Part shown: piece by piece, positions 7,898-16,252 of the stretch | How positions within the stretch are numbered: position 1 is the first letter of the stretch | Layout of the letters: each line of letters starts with the position of its first letter | Translations under genes and position numbers: made by a program | Notes under the pieces: model-generated | Database searches by the model: none | Told to the model about the DNA's origin: nothing | What the model saw: only the letters and a program-made list of their open reading frames with translations | Assembly (NCBI GenBank): GCA_947629475.1 | Contig: CANRDV010000003.1 | Coordinates: 1 to 48,088, forward strand | Direction: 5' to 3' | DNA length: 48,088 bases | DNA from: an uncultured Bacilli bacterium | GTDB lineage: Bacteria; Bacillota_I; Bacilli_A; RF39; UBA660

Positions 7898-9073
7898 ATG
7901 ATAAAAACTAAAACTACTAAAAAGAAATTTAATAAATTTCCACTTATGAAAGATACTAGTTTTAAAGCCTTATTTGCGAACGAGAAAGAACTAGTACCTT
8001 TAACACTATTTTTATCTATTATTTTGGATATTGACTACGATAAACTTTTAGGGAATATTGAACTTGATAAAACTAAATATCCTAAAAGTGAACCAGACAA
8101 AAAAGCTGATGAAAGAGATGTTGTTGCAATAGTTAAATATCCTGAACCATTTAAGGTAATGATTGAAATTAATTACTATAAACCTTGGTTTAATAAGAAA
8201 AAACATTATTTACATGAAGATATAACAATGACTGTTAAAATTACTAGGGATAATTTTTATAAAGATGGTACAAATTATTATGGTTTACCAAAAGGGAAAA
8301 ACTATGATAGTTTATTACCTATAATTCTAATAGAATTATCACCATTTTTCATTAATCCTAATGTAAATAGGATTGTTGAAGAATTTGATATGCGAGATAG
8401 ATATGGATTTAAATTATTTAGTAATATTGAATTTACAAATATTAATAAAAATTTTAGTTTAAGAAACATTAATGTTGCATGGGTATCTAATATGTGGTAT
8501 AATGATAATATAAATGAAGAAGAATTATCTGAGTATGAAAAGAAAATTATACCAATGATAGCTTTACTTACTGCATCTAATATGAAAGATGTTGATAAAT
8601 GTCTAAAAAATATTAACACTTCTTCAGAAATTAAAAAAATTATAAGAAAGGAAATAAAAAAAATGGATACAAATAATTATGAATTTGGAATACCTTATGA
8701 CCCAGTTGAAGATTGGAGAAAAATTTTTCAAGGGGCTGTAAATATTTACAAAAAGGAATTAAAAAATTCTAAAAAAATAATAGAAGATTCTAAACAAGAA
8801 TTAAAGTCTTCCAAAGAAGAATTAAATGCTTCCAAGCAAGAATTAAAGTCTTCTAAAGAAGAATTAAATGCTTCCAAGCAAGAATTAAAGTCTTCTAAAG
8901 AAGAATTAAATGCTTTCAAGCAAGAAAAATTAGATATGATTAAAGAAATGCATGAGAAAGGTTTATCTTTAGAGTTTATTTCTGATATTACTAAACTTAG
9001 TATTGATGAAGTAGAAAAGATTATTAATAAATCTAAATCTAAAAATAAAAATGAATTTAAAGAAAAATTATAA
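7898..9073 (+). CDS. Rpn-family (PDDEXK_2 / recombination-promoting nuclease-like) protein
   Basis: KDTSFKALF, DERDVV and MIEIN nuclease-type motifs, then a coiled-coil repeat and C-terminal HTH (GLSLEFISDITKLSIDEVEKI). RBS GGAGG before ATG 7898. Confidence 0.7.
   Translation: MIKTKTTKKKFNKFPLMKDTSFKALFANEKELVPLTLFLSIILDIDYDKLLGNIELDKTKYPKSEPDKKADERDVVAIVKYPEPFKVMIEINYYKPWFNKKKHYLHEDITMTVKITRDNFYKDGTNYYGLPKGKNYDSLLPIILIELSPFFINPNVNRIVEEFDMRDRYGFKLFSNIEFTNINKNFSLRNINVAWVSNMWYNDNINEEELSEYEKKIIPMIALLTASNMKDVDKCLKNINTSSEIKKIIRKEIKKMDTNNYEFGIPYDPVEDWRKIFQGAVNIYKKELKNSKKIIEDSKQELKSSKEELNASKQELKSSKEELNASKQELKSSKEELNAFKQEKLDMIKEMHEKGLSLEFISDITKLSIDEVEKIINKSKSKNKNEFKEKL
8795..8926 (+). repeat. Coding tandem repeat, 3 x 42 bp (QELKSSKEELNASK)
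   Basis: Units start at 8795, 8837 and 8879. Each is two related 21-bp heptad-coding halves. Confidence 0.95.
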
Positions 9074-9086
9074 GAAAGGAATAAAA

Positions 9087-9389
9087 ATGGATACAAATAA
9101 TTATGAATTTGGAATACCTTATGACCCAGTTGAGGATTGGAGAAAAATTTTTCAAGGGGCTGTAAATATTTACAAAAAGGAATTAAAAAATTCTAAAAAA
9201 ATAATAGAAGATTCTAAACAAGAATTAATGTCTTCTAAAGAAGAATTAAATGCTTCCAAGCAAGAAAAATTAGATATGATTAACAATTTTTACAATCAAG
9301 GAATTTCGTTAAATGTAATTGCTAAAGCTTGTAATCTAAGTATTGAAGAGGTAGAAAAGATTGTTAATAAATCTAAATCTAAAAAATAA
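9087..9389 (+). CDS. Stand-alone Rpn C-terminal (RpnS-like) protein with variant HTH
   Basis: RBS AAGGA then ATG 9087 (MDTNNYEFGIPYDP...). Copy of the region starting at internal ATG 8663 of the upstream gene. Confidence 0.7.
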   Translation: MDTNNYEFGIPYDPVEDWRKIFQGAVNIYKKELKNSKKIIEDSKQELMSSKEELNASKQEKLDMINNFYNQGISLNVIAKACNLSIEEVEKIVNKSKSKK

Positions 9390-9609
9390 ATTATTATTAA
9401 TTTAAATAATTAAAATATTAATCTTGATGTTATATCTATAGATAGCAAACTTCTTTTTTTAGAAGTAGAATTAACTTGCATAGGAAAAAAGATGTTGATA
9501 AATAAGATAATTTTTAAATATTAGAAAGCAAGAATGTTGAATAAATGTTCTTCTTTTTTTGTAAATATATGTCAAATATCTTTATTTTTAATTTACTTTA
9601 GTATATTAT

Positions 9610-12054
9610 ATGAATATGGAGGGTTTAGTCATGCATGCATTAGTATTAAGAAGATTAAAATTAAACAATGAAAACTATTATCAAATGATTGATAAAGTAG
9701 AAGCCAAAGAAATAAGTGAACAAATTATAAGAGTTACAAAAGGTTATCATAATTTTGAAGGACAAGATATTATTTCAATTGATAATTCAAAAGGTGAAGT
9801 AGTTTATTTAGAAATAGATGATATAATTAATGAAAAAATAGATGGGGAAAAGACAGCTTTCTTTAAACATGATTCAGATGGAGAAATTATCCCAATTGAA
9901 GATATTGTTGAAAGAAATAATGTTATTTTAGCATTTTATAATAAATATAGAGATTTTAAATTGATACCAGATTATAATTTAGATACAGAAATTTCTAAAG
10001 TAGAAAATAATATGAAGAAAAATGTTTTAGGTCAAGATGAAGTTATAAAAAAGATTATATCTAAACTTTATAACAATCAAATGTATTTTAAAGCTGATTT
10101 AGATTATAACATTATGCGAAAAAATAAAAGTAACATATTAGTAGTTGGAACAATTGGTTCTGGAAAAACTACGATTAAAGATGCGATGTTAGAAACTGAT
10201 ACAATAATACCAATTGTTGAAGTTGAATTAACAGAAAGTTATTTAGATGTAGCAGCTAAAATTGTTAATGCTTTAATAAGTGCAACAGATGGTAATATGT
10301 ATTTAGCTCAAAGAGGAGTTGTTATTTTTGATAGCGTAAATGTTGGTACTTCAAAATTTTCAAAAAATGATGATGGTGAATTAGATGACAACTTAACTTT
10401 AAAAGCACTTGAAAAATTATTAAAATCAGGAAAAATTTATTTTCCAACTAAAGATGGTGAAGATGTATTTGCATTTGATTTTTCTTTAGTAACTTTTATT
10501 ACTATGGTTGATACTTATTATAGTGAAACTGAAGAAGTTGAAGATTCATATTATGAAAAAATGTCACTTGATGCTTATGATGATTTGGGATTTACTGATA
10601 CTCTTTTAATTGAAGGTTTTTCAAATGAAATAATTTATATGAATGAAATGACTAAAGAACTCGCTCTTAAAATATTAAAAGATAAAAATTTATCTCCCTT
10701 ATATCAATATAAAAAAACTTTAGAAACAACTGGGAAAGCTGTTAAATTTAGTAAACAATTTGTTGATAAATTAATTGAATATGGACTTAATACTGATGAA
10801 GGTTTTGAAGGAATTAAAAGATTTTTTAGATATGCAGTTGAAGCCAAAGATAGAAATTTAAAAACAATTATTTTTAGAGATTCTGATATTTCTAATTTAA
10901 GAATTGGTTCAGCTGGTTTTGGAGATTATGATTCTGACTTTGAAAAATTAGTTACTCCTAAAAATAAGGATATTCCTAAAGATGATATATTAGATGTTGA
11001 TGTTAAAAAGAGAACTATAAATGGACTTCATGTTATGGATACAGTTAAAATAATAACTAAAGAATATAAAGGTCAAGATGAACATGTTTTTAGAATTGTC
11101 AATGCTTTTTATAACCATGTTTTAAATCGTTATAAAGGTTTTAATGAAGATGAATATAAAAAACTAAAACAAAATGTCTTTTTAATAGCATCAACTGGTG
11201 TTGGTAAAACTGGAATATTCGAAGCCTTAGCTAAAATCTTTAACTTACCATGTAAAAGAGATTCAATAAATTCTTATACTGCCAGTGGTTATGTAGGAAG
11301 AAGTGTTGATGACTTAATAACAGGTTTAATTGCATCAGCTAAAGGAGACGTTAACAAAGCTCAATTTGGTATCTTATGTTTAGATGAATTTGATAAATTA
11401 GCAAGAGACATAGATGGAAGAGGAGCAGGTTTTGGCAAGAAAGTTCAAGAAGAATTATTAACTTTAATCGAAGGTGATGAACGAGATATTCAAGAAGATA
11501 TCTATGGAAATACTTTTAAATTTAATACAGAATACTTGTTCATTGTTCTAACCGGTGCATGTCAAGACATTGATAAAATAATTAATGATAGAATTAAATC
11601 TTCGAGAAGTTTAGGATTTGAAAATAAAAATGATGTCCAAGTTTCAAGAGAAGTAACACCTGAAGACTTATTACAATATGGTTTTGAACAACAATTATTA
11701 GCAAGAGTTCCCAATATCATAAGATTAAATGATTTATCGAAAGAAGTCTTACTTGAAATCATTAAAAGTGAAATGGGTTATATTAGTCTAATAAAAAAAT
11801 CTTATCAAAAGTCAGGTATTAAAGTTAACTTAACCGATAACTTTATGAACAATTTAGCAACCTTAGCCTATAACAAAAAAATTGGAGCCAGAGGAATTAG
11901 ACAAATATTTGAAGAAAAAATACTTTATAAGATAGATGAGATAATTTCCAATGGTAACATAGTAGAAGTTAATATTGGTGATAATGCTTTAACTAACCCA
12001 GATGACATTACTTATATAGCAAAAAAAGCCAAAATTAAAGTCAAAAGAAGATAA
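9610..12054 (+). CDS. AAA+ ATPase with two tandem ClpX/HslU-like modules
   Basis: Module 1: VLGQDEV, NILVVGTIGSGKTT, AQRGVVIFDS. Module 2: KGQDEH, NVFLIASTGVGKT, YTASGYVG, AQFGILCLDEFDKL, VQEELL, LGF, GARGIR. Start probably ATG 9631 (RBS GGAGG). Confidence 0.8.
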   Translation: MNMEGLVMHALVLRRLKLNNENYYQMIDKVEAKEISEQIIRVTKGYHNFEGQDIISIDNSKGEVVYLEIDDIINEKIDGEKTAFFKHDSDGEIIPIEDIVERNNVILAFYNKYRDFKLIPDYNLDTEISKVENNMKKNVLGQDEVIKKIISKLYNNQMYFKADLDYNIMRKNKSNILVVGTIGSGKTTIKDAMLETDTIIPIVEVELTESYLDVAAKIVNALISATDGNMYLAQRGVVIFDSVNVGTSKFSKNDDGELDDNLTLKALEKLLKSGKIYFPTKDGEDVFAFDFSLVTFITMVDTYYSETEEVEDSYYEKMSLDAYDDLGFTDTLLIEGFSNEIIYMNEMTKELALKILKDKNLSPLYQYKKTLETTGKAVKFSKQFVDKLIEYGLNTDEGFEGIKRFFRYAVEAKDRNLKTIIFRDSDISNLRIGSAGFGDYDSDFEKLVTPKNKDIPKDDILDVDVKKRTINGLHVMDTVKIITKEYKGQDEHVFRIVNAFYNHVLNRYKGFNEDEYKKLKQNVFLIASTGVGKTGIFEALAKIFNLPCKRDSINSYTASGYVGRSVDDLITGLIASAKGDVNKAQFGILCLDEFDKLARDIDGRGAGFGKKVQEELLTLIEGDERDIQEDIYGNTFKFNTEYLFIVLTGACQDIDKIINDRIKSSRSLGFENKNDVQVSREVTPEDLLQYGFEQQLLARVPNIIRLNDLSKEVLLEIIKSEMGYISLIKKSYQKSGIKVNLTDNFMNNLATLAYNKKIGARGIRQIFEEKILYKIDEIISNGNIVEVNIGDNALTNPDDITYIAKKAKIKVKRR

Positions 12055-12060
12055 AAAAAT

Positions 12061-12089
12061 AAAAAATAGTTAGAAAAACTATTTTTTTT
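12061..12089 (+). terminator. Intrinsic terminator
   Basis: AAAAATAGTT-agaa-AAACTATTTTTTTT hairpin with T-run. Confidence 0.6.
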
Positions 12090-12135
12090 CATAAAAATAT
12101 GGTAAAATAAATTTGTTAGAATAAAGGGTGATATA

Positions 12136-13572
12136 ATGAATAAAAAAACTGTATTATTTTTAATAAATGGATTTGGAGTTGAAAAGAAGGAATCATATTC
12201 AATATATGATGCTAGTATTATGCCAACTTTTGATGAATTAACAAAGAAACATATGTTTTCAACAATAGATTCTCATGTAAGTAATTACTTTGATGCTTAT
12301 CGGAATATTAGTCTTGATGTAAATGAACTTTATAATTATACTTTATTAGATAAAGATGTTGTTAATAAAACATTGGCTAATAATTCAGTTTTACAAAAAG
12401 TAAAAACAGATTTAGATACAAGAAAAAGTAATTTACATATTTTTTGTTTAGTTGATACAAGTATGAAAATAGTTGACCATTTAAAAGAAACATTAAAATA
12501 TTTAAATTTTAATCAAGATAAAAAAATATTTTTACATTTTGTTATTGCTAGTACTAATATTGAAGATTACAAAGGTTTAGTTGAAGTATTTAGTAAAATT
12601 AACATAGAACTTGCTCAATATGCAACAATTGGTTTTATCATGGGACTATCAGCAATTGATAATACCGCTAAAGCAGTTGATTTAAACTTCTTCTTTAAGA
12701 TGTTTATTTCTAAAGTAGGAGAGAAATGGCAATCATTTACTCAAAAATTTGATGTTTTATATGCTACTCGTGCTCTTCCAAGAAGTACCAAACCTTTTAT
12801 TGTTAATTCTAACTTTGAATTAGGAAAAGATGATATGTTCTTCTTCTTTAACTATGATAATATCAATTTAACTAATTTTATTGATTCTTTAGCAGGTATT
12901 TCTTTTGGAACTGAAGCCAATAACTTCTCATATTATTCTTTATTTTCTGTAACAAGTAATAAAGAAATACCATATATGTATAATATAGAAAGTGCTAAAT
13001 ATTCAATGGTTTCAAACCTTGAAAGTATTGGAGCAACAGGAATTGTTTTATGTCATAATGACCAAATACCAATTATTAACTATTTCTGTAATGGACTTAA
13101 AAATGAAGCTAGTGAAACTTTAAAATTTGTTGATATAACTCCTTATGAAAATGACCCTAATAGTATTGTTTCAATAATTAATCAATTTAACAATGATTTA
13201 ATTATAATAAACTATGAAATAGATAATTTAGAAACAGTTACAGAATTAAAAACAAAATTAACAACAATTGATAATGTTCTAAAAGCAGTTTATGATAATA
13301 TAAATGGAAGTAAATATACTTTAATAATATCATCTTTATATGGAATGAATAAAATTTTAAAAACTGATAAAGGAACAAATGCTAATGTTATATTTGCAGG
13401 ACGGGTACCATTTATCTATATAGATGACTTTATAACAGGTAAAAATTATTTAATTGAACAAGGTACTATTAATGATATACCTAAATCAGTTTATAAAAAT
13501 ATAAGAAGAGATAGTAAATTTGATTCCATTGTTGAAAAGAAAAATGGTTTATATAAACTATTCTTTAAGTAG
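12136..13572 (+). CDS. Degenerate cofactor-independent phosphoglycerate mutase (GpmI)-like protein
   Basis: Length and landmarks match iPGM (LINGFG, MPTFDEL, LHIFCL, IFLHFV, DMFFFFNY, NYFCNG, DLIIINY, IDNVL, LIISSLYG, VPFI, GTINDI), but the catalytic and metal ligands are missing. Confidence 0.65.
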   Translation: MNKKTVLFLINGFGVEKKESYSIYDASIMPTFDELTKKHMFSTIDSHVSNYFDAYRNISLDVNELYNYTLLDKDVVNKTLANNSVLQKVKTDLDTRKSNLHIFCLVDTSMKIVDHLKETLKYLNFNQDKKIFLHFVIASTNIEDYKGLVEVFSKINIELAQYATIGFIMGLSAIDNTAKAVDLNFFFKMFISKVGEKWQSFTQKFDVLYATRALPRSTKPFIVNSNFELGKDDMFFFFNYDNINLTNFIDSLAGISFGTEANNFSYYSLFSVTSNKEIPYMYNIESAKYSMVSNLESIGATGIVLCHNDQIPIINYFCNGLKNEASETLKFVDITPYENDPNSIVSIINQFNNDLIIINYEIDNLETVTELKTKLTTIDNVLKAVYDNINGSKYTLIISSLYGMNKILKTDKGTNANVIFAGRVPFIYIDDFITGKNYLIEQGTINDIPKSVYKNIRRDSKFDSIVEKKNGLYKLFFK

Positions 13573-13578
13573 GTAATT

Positions 13579-15048
13579 ATGTACAGTAGTATTATAGAAA
13601 ACTTAAAAAAAGTATTATCAGGAATTAATCCAATTATACTATTAGTTCTTATTTTAAGTTTCTGTTTTAAAATAGATACTGGTACAGTAGTAAGATTTAT
13701 TTGTAGTTCAATCTTAGTTATCTTTGGTTTAACTTTATTTACAACCGGAGCTGATATTTCTTTAAATACAATTGGTGAAAAAATAAGTAGAAGTTTAATA
13801 AAAAAGAAAAATTTAACTTTAATTTTAATATCTTGTTTATTACTTGGAACTTTTATAACGATGTTAGAACCAGAATTTTTAACAGTTAGTGATGAAGCTA
13901 ATGGAATTCCTCTTCCTGTTTTATTGTTTTCAGTTTCCTTAGGAATTGGAATTTGTTTAATGTTTGCAATTTATAGAATGTTTAAAAAAATAGAATTTCG
14001 AGTAATTTTAATCATAGGTTATTTAATAGTATTTGTAACTTTGATGTTAGTAAATATGGATATTATTCCATTTGCCTTTGATATGTCATCAGTTACAACT
14101 GGGGCAATTTCAGCTCCCTTTATCTTAGCCCTTGGAGTAGGATTTTCCTCAAGAATTAAAAAAAGAAAAAACGATGATAGTTCCGAGTTTGGAATTCTTT
14201 CAATTTGTTCTATTGGACCTATTTTAATGATATTAATCTTAGGACTTTTATTTCATCCAAATATTGTTTATGACTCAGACCCTATATTAAAAAAATTAGA
14301 TTTCCTAGAAACTCTATGGATGAATTTTTATCAAGTCTTCTTTTCAATGTCTCCTTTAGTTATTATGTATTTTCTATTTAGTCATTTTAAATCCAAAAAG
14401 AAAGATAGAGAACTTCGAGGAATAATAACTGGACTTTTAATGGTTCTTATTGGAATTACTTTATTCTTAACCGGAGGTGATGTTGGCTTCTTTAAAATAG
14501 GATTTATGTTAGGAAGTCATCTAGGTAATATTAATCATCTTTTAATTATGATAATTGGGGGAATATTCGGATACTTTATTTCTAAAATAGAACCATCTTT
14601 AAAAGTTTTAATTAATTATGTAAATGAAGTTACAAATGGTTCAATCAAAGATAGATTTCTTGAAATTTGTTTATGTATCGGAGTTTCTGTATCAGTTATT
14701 ATGTCCTTATTTCGAGTTTTAAATGGTTATTCTGTAATGGCATTTTTAATACCAACTTACTTTATTGCTGTACTTTTAGCATTCTTTACTCCGAATAACT
14801 TTTTAGCAATTGCTTTTGACTCAGCAGGAGTAGTTGCAGGTAATATGACCTCAAGTTTCTTACTTCCGATGCTTGTTGGAGTTGCTTCAACCATTGGACC
14901 TAATTATTTAAAAGAAGCTTTTGGAGTTTTATCGTTAGTAAGTATTATACCCGTTATTATAATTGAAATGGTGGGTTTAATTTATACTCAAGAAGCTAAA
15001 AAGATAGATAATAAAAATCTTGATGATGCAATAATTGAATATAGGTGA
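13579..15048 (+). CDS. DUF1538 family multi-pass membrane protein (two repeats)
   Basis: Repeated motifs GLTLFxxG, T/KxxEP, FAFDMSSVTTGAISAPF / IAFDSAGVVAGNMT, and FGxL. Confidence 0.8.
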   Translation: MYSSIIENLKKVLSGINPIILLVLILSFCFKIDTGTVVRFICSSILVIFGLTLFTTGADISLNTIGEKISRSLIKKKNLTLILISCLLLGTFITMLEPEFLTVSDEANGIPLPVLLFSVSLGIGICLMFAIYRMFKKIEFRVILIIGYLIVFVTLMLVNMDIIPFAFDMSSVTTGAISAPFILALGVGFSSRIKKRKNDDSSEFGILSICSIGPILMILILGLLFHPNIVYDSDPILKKLDFLETLWMNFYQVFFSMSPLVIMYFLFSHFKSKKKDRELRGIITGLLMVLIGITLFLTGGDVGFFKIGFMLGSHLGNINHLLIMIIGGIFGYFISKIEPSLKVLINYVNEVTNGSIKDRFLEICLCIGVSVSVIMSLFRVLNGYSVMAFLIPTYFIAVLLAFFTPNNFLAIAFDSAGVVAGNMTSSFLLPMLVGVASTIGPNYLKEAFGVLSLVSIIPVIIIEMVGLIYTQEAKKIDNKNLDDAIIEYR

Positions 15049-15052
15049 TGAT

Positions 15053-15691
15053 ATGATTAAATTATTAATAATTATCTTTAATGATGAAAAAAAATTAAAA
15101 ACTTTATTTAGAAAATACAAACTTACTTATAATGCTATGACTTATGGAAGAGGAACAGCTCCTAGTAATATCCTTAAGTATTTAGGATTAGATGAAGTTA
15201 GAAAAAGTATTTATTTCTCTTTAATACCTAGTAATTTAGAAAATACAATCTTTAAAGATTTAGAAACCAAATTAAAAATAAAAGAAGCTGGGAAAGGAAT
15301 AGCTTTTACTATTAATTTAACTAGTTCAAGTAAATTTATAAATGATAATTTGAAAGGTGAGAAAATAGAAATGGAAGATAAAAATGCATATGAATTAATT
15401 GTTACAATTGTTAAAGAAGGTTATAGTGACCAAGTAATGCAAGCAGCCAAAAAAGCGGGAGCAACCGGAGGTACTCTTATTTCGGGAAGAAGTTTAGGAA
15501 GTAGTCGTTCTTTATTCATGGATATTACAATTGAACCTGAAAAAGATATAGTTTTAAACATTGTTTCCAAAGACATAACTTCTAAAGTAATGAAAGAAAT
15601 TACTAAAGAAACTGGGATTAAAACTGATGCTCGAGGATTTTTAATATCCCTTCCAATTGATAATGTATTAGGACTTCAAAATGTCAAATAA
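15053..15691 (+). CDS. Tandem P-II-like regulatory protein
   Basis: Two PII-like units (GRGTA...GKGIAFTI and IVKEGYSDQVMQAAKKAGATGGT...EPEKDIV...GFLISLPI). ATG 15053 follows RBS AGGTGA. Confidence 0.8.
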   Translation: MIKLLIIIFNDEKKLKTLFRKYKLTYNAMTYGRGTAPSNILKYLGLDEVRKSIYFSLIPSNLENTIFKDLETKLKIKEAGKGIAFTINLTSSSKFINDNLKGEKIEMEDKNAYELIVTIVKEGYSDQVMQAAKKAGATGGTLISGRSLGSSRSLFMDITIEPEKDIVLNIVSKDITSKVMKEITKETGIKTDARGFLISLPIDNVLGLQNVK

Positions 15692-15724
15692 TGTGTAAAC
15701 TAGTAAAAACTTAATTAAAACTAA

Positions 15725-15753
15725 TTGTCAAAATAACTAAACTATACTATAAT
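15725..15753 (+). promoter_or_regulatory. Sigma-A promoter with no downstream long ORF
   Basis: TTGTCA (15725-15730), 17 bp, TATAAT (15748-15753). Confidence 0.7.
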
Positions 15754-15759
15754 ATACTT

Positions 15760-15968
15760 GAGTCCATTGATAAGAAAAATTAATTCAATTGTATTAAACT
15801 CACCTATTAAAAATAGAATACAAAAGAATAATTGGAGGTGATTAACTTATAGTTATGAAGTTAATCTAAAGGTAATGGTTTAAGATTACAAGATTAACTT
15901 AATTATTAGGTATAGTAATTAAATCATAACATAAGATAATAAGATGCACATAGAAATATGTGCTTTTC
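15760..15968 (+). ncRNA. Candidate structured ncRNA (about 210 nt), family not recognised
   Basis: Upstream promoter, nested helices at 15846-15935, terminator GCACATA-GAAA-TATGTGC-TTTT (15946-15967). Confidence 0.5.
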
Positions 15969-16024
15969 TCTTAATTTGGTTAAAAAATACTTGATTTTTC
16001 CTAAAAACTTTGATATTATTTATT

Positions 16025-16240
16025 AAGCAAGTGCGAAAGACGGAATAAATATAGGTTTTAAAGAGAGTCTATGGTTGGTGAAAATAGATAAAACTAATTT
16101 ATTCAAATCACTTTCAAGTGCTATTTATGGATAAGATAAATACGGTAACGCGTTATAGTTTTTGAGAATTTATCATATGATAAATTGAATTAAGGTGGTA
16201 ACACGAACTCTTCGTCCTTAGGCGTAGGGTTCTTTTTATT
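16025..16240 (+). promoter_or_regulatory. T-box riboswitch (Ile specifier ATC)
   Basis: Stem I AGAGA and GGTGAAA motifs, specifier ATC at 16107-16109, T-box AAGGTGGTAACACG at about 16192-16205, terminator ending GTTCTTTTT before the ileS RBS. Confidence 0.9.
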
Positions 16241-16252
16241 TAGGAGGAGAAT

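Larger units (their letters stand above)
8635..9389 (+). repeat. Tandem duplication of the Rpn 3' region (about 8635-9043 and 9063-9389)
   Basis: Near-identical from AAAAATTATAAGAAAGGA through ATGGATACAAATAATTATG to CAAGAAAAATTAGATATGATTAA, divergent in the HTH, similar again at AGTATTGA...AATAAATCTAAATCTAAAAA. Confidence 0.95.

Noticed and set aside
8795-8926. 42-bp repeats as a CRISPR array
   Set aside because: They are contiguous in-frame coding repeats with no spacers.
8635-9389. Duplicated region as a DGR template/variable repeat pair
   Set aside because: Differences are clustered in one block and not adenine-specific, and no reverse transcriptase is in the window.
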